Source: Rhynchobatus australiae
Taxonomy: Eukaryota
Assembly: GCA_034780895.1 (NCBI GenBank)
Contig: JAUZTB010000048.1
Location: forward strand, 26,134,051 to 26,198,050
DNA length: 64,000 bases
Reading direction: 5' to 3'
Part shown: in pieces, positions 1 to 12,900 of the stretch
Position numbering within the stretch: position 1 is the first letter of the stretch
Layout of the letters: each line of letters opens with the position of its first letter
Position numbers and translations under genes: made by a program
The notes under the pieces: model-generated
Told to the model about the DNA's origin: nothing
Seen by the model: only the letters and a program-made list of their open reading frames with translations
Databases searched by the model: none

Positions 1-2244
1 ATAGAGTAAAATGGCTTGGATAGAATCCAGAACAAAGGCCCTCAAGCCATGCAAATAGTCAAGTCAATAGCAACCAAGAACTTGATCTGGCACATAATAA
101 GCTAAAACAGGCAGTACCCAACAGCTCAAGGGTAAAACGAAAAAGACACAACCCAAACAGGACATCAAGGGATGTAACCTTTAGAGTAGTTTAATTGTTA
201 ATTAGTAGTTTAATTTAAGGTAGATTAATTGCTTTGTCTTTCAGGGTGCATCCAAGGTACATTGAAACAAATGGCTGCCTTGAAGTTTGATAATCTGATT
301 GAAATTCTGCTAACGAAATCTGGACCAATTTATTGGTATTTTAGCTAAGAATCAATACTAAAAAAGGGGCACATCCTCAAACAGGGTCAAGAACCTGGCC
401 TACATAAAAAAAACAATTTATCATGGAAAATGATAAATCTAGATGTTAAAGGATAACATCTGTAAAACCACAATGAACTGTACAAAACTATGAAAGATGT
501 TTGGTCCCATCTTGTTAGCCACAATGAGCCCGAGGTATGTCAAAGATTGCCACAGTTAAAGCAGTGATCATGCCAACATTTAAGGAGGGAGGCTGGCAAA
601 GGAAAGTGGAATAAAACTAAAACATGGGTACATTGTGGACACATGGGATTATGCCTACATTGTATAGAAGATAAATCCTGATGTGGCTGGTTGGGTCAGT
701 CCGATTCTACATGCTTGTTTAATTTTGAAAATGAATCTTGACCCTACAGGATTGCTCAGCAGTCTTGCTAGCACAGAAAAGGTGAATTTAGTACGCTTAA
801 AAAGTTCCAGCTTTTTTTTTTATATATATATGTGAAAACAAATAAGATTGCCAACATTTAAGTATTTCCAAAAAGCTTACATTGAGACACACATACAGAA
901 TGCATTTATGACCAAGTATTTCCACTTTATTTTGAAAATGAGCAAATTGAAAGCAAGCTGAAGTTATACTAGCGTGTGGTTAATTATGCAAATTTACCAT
1001 ATCCTTTGTTAAATAATCTAACTCTGAAAATTTAAAGGCACTTCAGAGGGCAAGTTTATATTTAAATAGCTCCTCAGTGTATTCCTACAATGCCTTGTTA
1101 CCAATGTTATAGCTAATATGTGACAACCACCATGCAAAAATCCCTCATTACAACAAAAGATGACTAAGTGCACAGTTTTATTTTTGTTGCTGCTGCTGCC
1201 CTGGAAGAGGTTGACATGACACTGGGAGAATGCCCAATTAAAAGATTAAAGCCCATTTTAAATTTTCATTTTAAGGAGGAGATTTCTGAGGATATTGTAC
1301 CTTCTCTATGAAGTCAAGTCCAGACAAGCTATTAAAAGGTGAATAGGAAATTTTTAAAAAGGCTGACTTAGTTCCCCCCCCAAATATGTCACCTTGGACC
1401 AGTATTGCATCACAGGAAAAATAAAAATACAGCAACAGAACACTTCTTCCTACACAGCATCCATGTTTTTGTGTCCTCCACCCTGCAAAATTTCAATGTC
1501 ATTTTAATTTGCAAAAAGAGAACTTTATAGATCCAAGTTATCATTTCACAGTTAACGAAGTTTTGGTGAGCATGTAATGAGGCAATGCTTCATTCTATTC
1601 TAGTTATCAACACAATGGTGAACACAAAAAACACCCCGTTTGGAGGGCTGTGGGAAGGGACAATATAATCAAGCTGATCCAATTACCAAAGCAGCTATTG
1701 ATTTCCGTGCTTCTGTCAGAAACATAAACCACTGTGTTCACTTGATGCACCGCACTGGTACCCCAAGTCTAGCATATTTTAATTCAAAAATATCAGAAAG
1801 GGGTTTAGTGCCACAAGAACTTTGTTTACTATGAAAGGAGCCAAAGAACAGTGCCAACAGAAGTTTGCAAAAACACTGGTGACAGAAGGGAAAACTGAAC
1901 ACCTATAAAGGGGTTTCTCCAAGCTTGAGCTATCTTCTCCCAAAAATTAGTAATGGGGGTGAGGGCAGGAGACTGCCAATGTATGAACTGCAAATCTTTC
2001 TACAGATGGAGCAGCAGGTGGCTGAAGGGGTGAGAGGAAGATTTGTGTGCTGGTTTGCTCCTTCAGCCCCCTATACATATACAAGGTTTCTATATGTTTG
2101 ATGTAGGACTCTAGGCTCTCAATGCCATCCATATGTTCGTTCTCCACTTTTGTTTGGAGATGACCAGAGATTCCTAGGAGTCATTGGAGATATTGCATTT
2201 CTTCAAGAAAGCTTTGAAGACATGCACTTTTTTTTGAAAATCAA

Positions 2245-2880
2245 ACTGCAGGTGCTGGAAACCCAAATTCAAAACAGAAAATGCTGGAAACATTCAGCAG
2301 GGTCATTGCAATTCTCCACCCACCCTGACCTGTCTGTGGTCTCCATGTGCCCAAGACAAGCATGTGAACAGCACCTCACCTTCCATCCAGGTACATTTCA
2401 CCACTTGCAACTTGATATCGGATTCTACGACGTCAAGTACAAGTGGTATTTTTCCAGTGTCGTATCACACCCAGCAAACTTCTGTTGCAAGCCATCTGTC
2501 TCTAACTTTACTATCCATTCACACGACCTGACCTGCTGGACAAGTCTGACTGCATTTTGCGCCTTTTCACACCCCTCTGCCTGTCTTCTCACTCTCTAAC
2601 TGCCCACCTCATATTTTTTGTTTCATTTCTTTTGTTGTAACCATCGTCATTAACCCTTGGGCTGATTGGCTTATACAATTTATCTCCATAGCAACCCTGG
2701 TCTCAGCCTATGAATGCTATTCCCTTTGTCCTATTCATTCCTTCCCCAACTTCTCTGCAATGTGTTTTCTCTCTGTCCCCATGTAACAAAGGGTCTTCAA
2801 CCCCAAACATTAACTTGTATTTCATTTTCCACAGATGCTGTCTAACCTGCTGAGTGCTTCCAGCAGTTTTTCTGTCGTTG
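2245..2880 (+). mobile_element. Decayed Penelope-like element (GIY-YIG C-terminus plus pLTR fragments)
   Basis: Translation EQHLTFHPGT..LQLDIGF resembles the Penelope C-terminal motif EEQHLIFRLG.LQP.GLNI.F. Flanked by tgctggaaacattcagcagg and cagatgctgtctaacctgctgagtgcttccagca terminal motifs. Confidence 0.65.
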
Positions 2881-3022
2881 AATCTTTTCCTTTTCCCACC
2901 TGGTAATCTCTTCCAATAACAAAGCTCCAAAGACCTGTTTCCAGAATCTTGTTTCAGGCATGCAAATGATTGAGTGTAACTTGGGCTTCACCTATTGAGG
3001 ACAACAATGTTGATTCACTCAC

Positions 3023-3112
3023 CTTTCCAGTGAACTTGGAATATTTTGCAGAGGAAACACAAGTGGTATTTTTCCAGTGTCGCGAGGCAAATATTCAAGC
3101 TCACCCAGGTCT
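3023..3112 (-). CDS. Candidate 90-nt phase 2-2 coding exon (DLGELEYLPRDTGKIPLVFPLQNIPSSLE)
   Basis: Acceptor atatgcttcag| and strong donor AAG|GTGAGT. The open frame is phase-compatible with the candidate exon at 9852-9934. No protein recognised; may be chance. Confidence 0.2.
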
Positions 3113-3174
3113 CTGAAGCATATATGGAGGCCAGGGATTATTGTTGTCCAGTACTACCCTTCTGCAAACACTAA

Positions 3175-3300
3175 ATTAGGTAAATAGATTTTCATTACCA
3201 GAAGTCTTAAGGAACGGTGGATAAAGGCAGGTCACAGATCAGCCTTATCCCTGTGCATCATGGAAGAGGATCAATTTGCTGTTCCTTCCTATGTTCTTAC
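3175..3300 (+). mobile_element. CR1 LINE 3' end fragment
   Basis: Degenerate CR1 tail (atagatttt...cagatcagcc...ttcctatgttctta), similar to 34590-34835. Confidence 0.45.
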
Positions 3301-6264
3301 AAATGCAAAATCCAGCTTCCCAACTGAGACAGATTCTTCCCACATTGTCATAGTTTACACCAAGCTAGAATGTACAATTACATGTAATTTAAGAATTCTT
3401 GATACAAGTTTCTTTTTAAACATTAAATGAAAAGGCCTTCCTTTGATCTTTGCCATTCTTGGAAGATATAGAGTTTACATCTTCTGTTAAAAAGGCACAA
3501 AGAAAGGTTAAAGAATGACAAGTAACACAATAAGTTGTGCTTTAGCACTGATTTATAATATTTAAAGAATAATATCTAATTATATACAAACAAACTACAA
3601 AAGACAATCATTGCATTCAATACCTATTATATCAATTAAGCAGGGTTTCTTCCTTAACTTCCTGAATCTCTACCCCAAGAAGGTAATCAAGAGGCAATGA
3701 ACCTGCTGTCATTTCTAGGAAATCTGTTTGCGAATCAAAGGTCACTGAATAAACTCCAAGATTGGCCATGAATCATCACTGGATCCATTTAATGAACACA
3801 CTTCTACACTGCCATGACACAATCTTACAATGTCTTAGCTTGCAGTGTCATAAATCATGCATTTAGTTAACTGCTTCTAGTCCTTTACCATCAGTGATAA
3901 AATGACAGCACTTGCTACTAATTTCCAAGTAAGCTGCAAGCAAAGTTTCAGCAACATTTGAACTTCCCTTTCACTACAGTCAGTTGCTATCAGGCAGCAG
4001 TTCCAAAGAATCTCCATGTCCACTAAAGTAACATCAAGCTGGAAGAGCAGCCAATCACATTCAAGAACCACAAAAGACTGCATCCCAACAAATAAAAAGT
4101 ATTTGACTTTTTGAACAAATTAAACACTGGAACCAAGAAGGATTTTATTTTTAAATTAGTGTATAATTTGTGTTTTTTTTAAAAGAGTTAGAAATTGTGC
4201 TTAGCAATAATAAGGCTTAGTTAAAAAAAACAAAATATAACAAAGCACAACATTCTCAAGGTATTTTACAGTGAGAATAATGAAAAAGTACCTCAAGTAT
4301 ACATCAGGATTATTGATTTACCTATTTACAGTGGGGTTGGCTCACTGTGGGAGGATCAGTGAAACAGAAGTGACAATTTCTGGATTCCAGTGATTAATGT
4401 ACTCCCAGTTATTATCAACTATATGGTGTACTACTGGCAAACATTGATAGTTTCACCATAATTATAGAACCTAAATTAATAATAATCAATGTAGATTTTC
4501 TTTTTACATAAAAAAATTGCTGAATAAAGGTTAGCATAATTTGAAGCAGTACCAATAAAAATAAACACATTTGAAAGATTTGGATTCACAAAATAAATTA
4601 CATTTGCAAAGTTCATTTTTGATCATGAACTGCTCCTAGCTGCAGTCTCTCATTCATGATGAACTCAACTATTCCTCAGTTGCTGTTTCAGGAGATGTAA
4701 TTCATTGAACAGAATTACTAACCTTGGAATAGGGATGATTAATATTAATAAACAGGAATTTAGAATACAAATTCTTAAAGTAAATTTATACTTCAGGGCA
4801 TAGTGTATAGTTTCTTCCTAAATGTCCTTTGGCTTGTTGTATGCTAGAAGAAATTAAGTTATTGTGCACTCATGCCTATAACTCAGCAGTTTGCTCAGTC
4901 TCCTGAGAATCGGTTTCACCTTAATTTACTCATGCCTCTTGATTGTGTTCATTTCCCTACTGGAAACGGAAAATAATATTTTCTATTAATTCATCCTAAA
5001 ACCATGTGGTGCATGTACAAAGTTGNNNNNNNNNNNNNNNNNNNNNNNNNNNNNNNNNNNNNNNNNNNNNNNNNNNNNNNNNNNNNNNNNNNNNNNNNNN
5101 NNNNNNNNNNNNNNNNNNNNNNNNNNNNNNNNNNNNNNNNNNNNNNNNNNNNNNNNNNNNNNNNNNNNNNNNNNNNNNNNNNNNNNNNNNNNNNNNNNNN
5201 NNNNNNNNNNNNNNNNNNNNNNNNNNNNNNNNNNNNNNNNNNNNNNNNNNNNNNNNNNNNNNNNNNNNNNNNNNNTTATTCCCCTTGAATTCATTCACAC
5301 CCACATAAGGAGAGGCAAGTTGCAACCTTATTGAGCAATTTGTTGGCTTGAAATTGCCATATTACCTTTTTCCAGAAAAGCAGGTCTTTTTATAATGCAA
5401 GGTAAAGAAAAGCGAACTTGCAAATAAAAACAAGTCACAATTTTTTGGTGCAATGTATGTTCCTCAGTATATCATTCTAAAATCAAACTTTCTTTGATGG
5501 ACATACAATAGCCTTATCACTTGGGAGTAACAATTCAATTTCTTTTGAAATGCTATTATCATTGCTGCATGAGCAATATGTCAACAATTACAAGCACAGC
5601 CAGGTTCCACAAACTGTTGTATAGACAGTCAGTTCATCAGTTTTGGTGGTTCTGGCCAAGGGATTCATGTTGGTAATCCCAAGGAACATATCAAACAACC
5701 AACTGTACAAATCAAGCCTTCTGTTTAATTTTTCTTTGGACAATGTGTCCCTCTCAGAGCTACATTTAAGCCAAAAAGGAATTTGCATTCTGCCCTCCAC
5801 AATCATGTACTTGTATACCAGAGAACTTTACAACAAATTAGCAACAGATGAGAAAGTTAATTTGTACACAAGATATCACATACTCCAGTTAATGCAATAA
5901 ATTCGTTCTCCATTATTTAAGGAAGGTGACAGATTTCAACTTTTTCTGTACAGGTGATGTTAAACACTAAACATCTTACAAGCCGATGCAGGGAAGAAAA
6001 TTGTACTACAGTTGCTCTATAATCAAGTGACAGAATACTGACCTCATTAAAGACTCCCATTTTGGTGGCTTGTGGAAATACAACTTCTATTCTTTGCATC
6101 TTAAGGCTTGAGTCTGAAAACATTTTATGCATTCATGGCAAATAGTTTCTGCTACTCAGCAAAACCTTTGTGCAGATGTTATGCTATTTCTCACAAAAAT
6201 AGCTGAAATGCTTTCAATTTAAAATCGCACATTAAGCAAGCTGCCATCAGCTTCGCTGACAAAC

Positions 6265-7240
6265 AAACATCCTTTTTCTCATGAGGTCAAGGATGACTTA
6301 TTTCCATGCTGGTTCTGTGGGTTTTGATGTGGTTGAACAGGCCAATTTGGGATCTGCAATCTCTACAACAGGTGAGCAGGTGGTGATTGACAGAGCAGGT
6401 AGTAGGGGAGCTTGGGAGGTGGTGCATTCATTCTGTAGTTTATACAGAGCCTTGTATCCTCCTGACATTAGAGCCAGTGGTCCTCCAGGCTATACAAAAT
6501 GTTCTTCTTCCATTTTGAGCAATCGTGGAGCAGGAATTTACACAAGTTAGAGAATATGATGCCTCCTCTATCTCCCTCCCCCTGCATTCCACCCCACTCA
6601 CCCCCAAAGTTTCAAAAAAACTTTCTTATATTCTCAAATCATTCATCTGGCAATCTCTTGCTGTGACAGAGCTTGGAGTTGAATGCTTGTTTCAAGAGTC
6701 TAGTGTCAGACATGTCAACAATGTACCATGCCCACTGGAGCAGACAGTGTAATGAGCCTCAGTGCTGGACATGTTGGCCTGGGAGAAGGCACTGATATTA
6801 AATTCACGTTTTCTGTGAGTAGATTTGGAAGCCTTTGGGAGAGAGCATTGATCATATCTCTCTAGTGATTCGAGGCAGCTGCTGTTAGTAGTCTGCATCT
6901 CAGGAGTGCACAAGAGGGTGGGATCACTGCTTCCCAATAAATTTGTGCTGGGTTTGAGTTTTTGATCCTCAAACAATTATCAGAGGACCAAATACTGAAT
7001 ATTAATGGCAATGGTGCATTTCTTCAATATTTGCCTTTGTTTCAAGATGGCTCCAGAACCATGAGAAATGTTGCACATTTCCCAGGGTCTCATCATGGAC
7101 CTTTATTGTTGGAAGTCAGTACAAGAGTCATTCTCTCATGCACTTCTGTGAACAAGTTGGCGATGACTAGGTGTTTGATCTCCAAACATGCACGTAGTAA
7201 CTACCATCTACATACTGTGGCTCAATGATTGAGATTGGAG
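6265..7240 (-). mobile_element. RTE-clade LINE, decayed 3' part
   Basis: Minus-strand remnants FEDQKLKPST...PTLL..PE..T....LESLERYDQ...NISAFSQANMSS and a terminal C..C...RSQIGLFNHIKTH zinc-knuckle-like motif typical of RTE ORFs. Confidence 0.75.
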
Positions 7241-7369
7241 ATGCCTTAGTTCTACAATGGAAGTGATGTTGGTTGAACCATCTCCCATTTGCTCTATAAA
7301 TTAGCTCCACTCCAGCAGGATGTTTGAAGAAGGGGAGAAGGGGAGAGTAACATATCCTTGCTCAACAAC

Positions 7370-7573
7370 AATCTGCACTGAGATTGTAGCAACAAACAAT
7401 CTGCTGGAGGAATTCAGTAAGTTGAGCAGCATCTGGAGAGGGCAAGGAATTATAAGCGTTTTGGGTTGAAATCTTGCATCAATTCCTCTGCCGCCACACT
7501 CTCCCACCCCCCCTCCCCACCACTCCCAGATGCTGCACAACCTGCTGAGTTCCTCCGCAGATTGTTTGTTGCT
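7370..7573. mobile_element. Penelope pLTR-derived short fragment (two inverted halves)
   Basis: aacaatctgctggaggaattcagtaagttgagcagcatctggagag, with its reverse-complement counterpart cagatgctgcacaacctgctgagttcctccgcagattgtt. Confidence 0.6.
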
Positions 7574-8089
7574 NNNNNNNNNNNNNNNNNNNNNNNCCGT
7601 TGGTTAAAATCATGGATTGTATGCCAAACAGCAGACGCAAGATGAGTTTGACAAGATTTGAAAACATTTCTCCTGAGTCCATCTTGATTGATGGAGTTGC
7701 AAGCTCTTGTGAGCTTGCTTAATATGCTTTATTGAGAGGCAAGAAATTCATTAATAGTTTCTATTCCAAACCCACCTTTGATGCACTACAAGAGAACCAT
7801 ACTTCCTGCAAGAAAGTGAACTAACTACAATCTCAGGCAAACAATGGTCTCTACTGAAATACCAGTTGTGACCGTTTTTTTTCCAATATTGTGATGACTG
7901 CTTATTTTCTGTGTAAGCAAAATTTACAAGAAATGCTCCTGAATGTACATCCAAGTTACAATGAGAGCTGACACAAGTTGGTTGGAAATCAGATTGAAGA
8001 TTGTAACCTCACAACTACAAACACATTGATCGGTTTCACATTTGAAAGTCCTTACAATATTTAAGAGTGGAGATACAGATTTTCCACAA

Positions 8090-8340
8090 CTGATTGGATT
8101 GTGGAATGCATTAGCTTGGTGACTTAAGCTTCACTGCTTCTAGGAGTGAAAGTAGAAAGATGAAATTTTGCAGTTTGCTTTCAACTGTTTAAACAACTGT
8201 AAGGAGGAGTCTCTAGAAACAATGACGTTTGATGTCAATGTTTCAAGAAGCTTCAAACTCTTCATAATCAGATTGGGAAAAGCTTGTGTTGAATTTTTAA
8301 GAAAACTCAACGTGACTCTTAGCATTCTTGAGGGAAAATA
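8090..8340 (-). mobile_element. Fossil hAT transposase C-terminal dimerisation domain
   Basis: Translation LSFLKNSTQAFPNL...LKLLETL.......SSLQLFKQLK followed by Q*SLSHQA resembles the hAT pattern FPNL..LLKL.LTLP....ERSFS.LK.LK...QERLS.LA. Confidence 0.4.
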
Positions 8341-8789
8341 TGCACTCTGTCTTATGTTAATCAGATGCTGGCTCCTGTGACAGAAAGCATTAATTGTAAT
8401 ATTGCTGAACTTTCCTCTGAGATCAGATGCTCAGAAGACTCGTTCTCAATGGCTGATTATCCACTAAGAGTCAGCAAATGTTCTTTCGGTAGCAGCCTAT
8501 TGTGGACAAGTTACCCCTCTGTAAATCATGACATTATCTCTGTATCCCCATATTCTCCATGATGATGTCAAGAAACAACCAGCAAAAAAAAAATTCCACT
8601 ATTTTGTTTCCTCCTATATATTATTGTTTCAAATGCTCGGCTTCTTTCAAAAAAATTTGACTCTCTCAAACTCAACAATTCCTTGTAGCCATCAATTTTC
8701 CACTACAGCAACTCAGTGCAACTGGTCATCTCTAATCAGTTCTCATTCACTTCATGACAATTTAAAATAGGAGTCTTTCTCCATTTATC

Positions 8790-8915
8790 CAAAAGAGGGA
8801 CTGCAGCAGTTCAAGGCAACTGACAACCACCTCCTCAAGAGCAATGTTACCCTCCTCAAGGATGGGTAACAAGTGCTGGCTTTGCCAACAACAACCAGAT
8901 CCTGCAAAATGAACA
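8790..8915 (+). mobile_element. 3' tail of a shark-type CR1/L2-like LINE or associated SINE
   Basis: ggactgcagcagttcaagg...caccacctcctcaag...ggatgggtaacaagtgctggc...atgaa tail; a related reverse copy lies near 28170-28280. Confidence 0.5.
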
Positions 8916-9560
8916 ACTAAATCAGAACCCATATTACAATTGAGAAAAGTCTTCATGAAACCACCTCATCTTTCCATTCTAATGGTTAAAGCTTCAGAAT
9001 TCTATGTTTCCCTTCATAAGTGCAGTCATCCTTGTTATCAGCATGATGAATCTGTGTTGAGTATTCTTTTTTATATAATGGTGTGTCAAAAAGCTGCAAG
9101 TTTTATGGGATTTATTTTGAAATTTACTCCTTGTTTTGTATTCTACAGCATTCGTTTTGAATATCACACTAATGTGCACGATTAGAATGTAACATTTCAA
9201 GAACAGCAGTTTCTATTCTAATTCACAAATCCCTGAATCTGACAAGAGCTCTTTCTGGGGAAAAAAATATCAACTCAGACTCCAGTCTTTGAGACAATCA
9301 GAAATTTAGACATAAAAGACACAAACATTGATGCAAGCTTAATAATACATTTTGAATTAAATGGTATTGAAATATGTTAATGAAAACAATGAGTAGAAGA
9401 AAAAATATTATCTTTTTGATTTGATTGATTAAATTTGTGCAACTTCTTGTTATGAAGATTTCTTTTGGAAAGTTTGATGATTTATTTCATTCAAATCAAT
9501 TAAATTAGCATAAAGCATGGCTGATCTCAGTTTTTTTTAAAACAACACTTTTTTGGAATA

Positions 9561-9767
9561 CTGGTCCTCCCCAGGTTACAGGAGGGTTCTGTTCTTGTGA
9601 TCAGAAAGTGGTGATCCAAACAGTTCACAAATCAGAAATGCAATTGTGAACAGAGTCCCTACCCAGCAAAAGGTGGCTGCAGCCCCACAACAACGTCAAA
9701 TCCATACTGCCAGTCTGCCAAACGCTCCTTTATATGTACTGGCTATACATAACTTGGGCAGGACCTG
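9561..9767 (+). mobile_element. Tc1/mariner (Tigger-like) MITE
   Basis: TA flanks on both sides. Imperfect TIRs: CTGGTCCTCCCCAGGTTAC on the left and CAGGTCCTGCCCAAGTTAT (reverse complement) on the right. Confidence 0.65.
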
Positions 9768-9851
9768 TATAAAAGGTATTGTCCATAGCAAGTCAAAGGA
9801 TTATAATATGGGAAATTTTGATAAATTATACTACTTACAGTAATAAGTTAC

Positions 9852-9934
9852 CTATGTCCAGTAAATACCAATTCAGAGACCGCCGACAACATGGTGTGCT
9901 CCTCACGCTTCTTTGTTACCTTTGAAGAGTAACA
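9852..9934 (-). CDS. Candidate 83-nt exon carrying a possible start codon (ATG at 9892; MLSAVSELVFTGH...)
   Basis: Acceptor tttatcattaacag|, donor TAG|GTAACT, Kozak-like CACCATG. Three CpGs are retained in CpG-poor DNA and only one frame is open. Confidence 0.35.
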
Positions 9935-12900
9935 CTGTTAATGATAAACTTAAAAATGAATCAAAGATAATGGGTGTGTACCACTTTTTCAGGCACAAGT
10001 ATTTTACAGTATGATTCCAATCTCCTAAAGAGTGCATCAATTGAAGGTTCAGCAAATCCAGTCAGCACAGGTAGATCTCTTAGAACAACTTGATTTTCAA
10101 CTTAATGGATGAAACTGTAAAACCAGTTCAGGAATTCCAACTGCTAATAATGTAAAACAACNNNNNNNNNNNNNNNNNNNNNNNNNNNNNNNNNNNNNNN
10201 NNNNNNNNNNNNNNNNNNNNNNNNNNNNNNNNNNNNNNNNNNNNNNNNNNNNNNNNNNNNNNNNNNNNNNNNNNNNNNNNNNNNNNNNNNNNNNNNNNNN
10301 NNNNNNNNNNNNNNNNNNNNNNNNNNNNNNNNNNNNNNNNNNNNNNNNNNNNNNNNNNNNNNNNNNNNNNNNNNNNNNNNNNNNNNNNNNNNNNNNNNNN
10401 NNNNNNNNNNNNNNNNNNNNNNNNNNNNNNNNNNNNNNNNNNNNNNNNNNNNNNNNNNNNNNNNNNNNNNNNNNNNNNNNNNNNNNNNNNNNNNNNNNNN
10501 NNNNNNNNNNNNNNNNNNNNNNNNNNNNNNNNNNNNNNNNNNNNNNNNNNNNNNNNNNNNNNNNNNNNNNNNNNNNNNNNNNNNNNNNNNNNNNNNNNNN
10601 NNNNNNNNNNNNNNNNNNNNNNNNNNNNNNNNNNNNNNNNNNNNNNNNNNNNNNNNNNNNNNNNNNNNNNNNNNNNNNNNNNNNNNNNNNNNNNNNNNNN
10701 NNNNNNNNNNNNNNNNNNNNNNNNNNNNNNTCATCCAATTAAATTTTGACACCATCACTGTTTCAATTATCATCGCTCAAAACTGACTACCTGCAACTTT
10801 TTACCCCAAATATACAAGTCACATTACAACTGAAAAAAGATTTTCAATTGTGGCAAAAGAAAAATTGCCAGACTGCGTCAGGGTTTCAGCCCAGATAAAC
10901 CATAATTTATTTAGTTAATAGTGAGTCAGTCTGTGTATCTAACATCCATTCTCACGATGTGTCACAACCTTTTAGCTTAAACACTGGAGGGGGGAGGGTG
11001 GAAACCAAAGCCATTATTTTCCATGTACATGAAAATTTCCATTACCTTATATGTCAGCCCTTCTTCAACTCAATCAAGCCAAATGCAATACAAGGACTCA
11101 GTGAAGTTTTACGATTGCATTCGCATTTGAAATGTCATCTTCAGTCTGTTACTAGACTTCAAACACTGCCCAGCCCAAATCAAGAAAATTCATATGTGGC
11201 ACACCTCTTTCACCTGTCAGCTTGCTGGCCTCGTGTCCTCTACCCTCCACAAACTGCCCAAATACCATTATCAAGTGCAGTTATAAAAGAATTTAGCAAT
11301 GGAAGAAGTTGTACATCAACAGGACAGGAAGAATCTTATTACTTGACAGATTGGTCCAGAACCAGCAGGGAAATACTGACACTTCCACTGTGAACTGCAT
11401 CATCCCTTAACCTAATGCCATCAGCTTTGGGATTCTTAAACATGAATGCATAAACCCCAAATTTACCGACTGCTCTCTGCTGGGACTTCCCAACTGTGGG
11501 CACCTCTGGGCTCCTGACGACCAGACGCAGAGCACGAACTTCCAATAAATTCCCCAATTCTTTCACCAAACTTGTATTCTGCTAAACTTGTTCAAATTAG
11601 ACATTGCAGGAAAAGTAGGTCCATTTATTTCAATGGAAATGAATAGAGGAGAGTGTCAACTGTTAGTTCATTTATGTATTGTATCAACTGAATTCTGTTA
11701 AAACATTTTTCACATTTTAAATAAGATGGATTTTTGATTGATCAATTTCAATGGTTTCTGAACAGAGACATGAACAGCATTCCAATTCCTTGAAAGCTTT
11801 AATCATTGGCTAAGCTTGAGAGAATAAGTTAGTTGACTGTCAAAATTTTCTTCAACTGTTCATGGGCCTGGCTTGGCTGCACTGCGCCATGCAAGACCCT
11901 TCCACCACACAAGACCTCAGTACTTAGAATTAGGGTGCGTTCAGGCAGCAAGTCAACATTGGCAGATCTGAAAAGGCAAGTCTGTACTTCTATCAGGAAC
12001 AAGTTTGAGCAAGTTCTGCCCTATTATTTTTGATCCAGTTTGACCATCATCACATTTCAGTGGTGATAGAGCGAATATTGAAGTTATTTCAGAAATTCCA
12101 ATAACAGCAAAACTATAGCTTCCTTGGGCAGCTGGCTGCTGTGATTTAGCTAACTTCATTGTTAATAGCAAATACATTAAGTGTGGAAGCCTTTTCCAAC
12201 TATGCAGGTTGTAAATTCCTCCACTGGCATTGAAATTACTTTGCCACCTGCACAGAAAACAACTAACTGCATGGATTTCAAATTAATTTCAAAACTTTCT
12301 ATCAGATTTTTCAGGGAATTAACAATTCCAAGTGAACTGCTGAACAGTGGGTGTTCAAAGTAGTAGTGACTAAACNNNNNNNAAATCATCTATAATATTA
12401 TACTTCAAGCCTTGACTGCACCTGTACTCTTGTTGATAAAATTTGGAAGTTCCTCACTTTGTCAGTATACTTGTCTTTGAAAGCTTATCAAGGCTCAGAC
12501 AGTTTTCATGCTTTAGTCAGAATCCAGTAAGCAGGGAAAAGCAACCCAAATGCAATAACCTGCAAATTCCCTCATTGTTAAAAAAAACACAAAAGGGACA
12601 CCAGAAATGGCTTCAAAGAAAAACTATGCATACAAATTAAATAGGAATCTTGTCAATGGCTGTGCGTCAGCATCCTGCTACATTGTAACAATGTTCATCA
12701 ATTACCCTAACCTTATTCTGTCACTTGATGTTACTGAATGATTTTATATGAAAGGTTTGAGCTTTCATCATCACAACACGAGATCCTGGCAGTACAAGAT
12801 GAATCATTATTATCTTGCTTCAATAACAGATTTTTTAATTCAACGTTCCTTGTAGGAGTTGCTCATTTGTGCCATATATTCTATGGAAGAACTCTCAATC

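Noticed and set aside
1-720. Possible LINE or LTR remnants at the window start
   Set aside because: Too decayed to assign a family by eye
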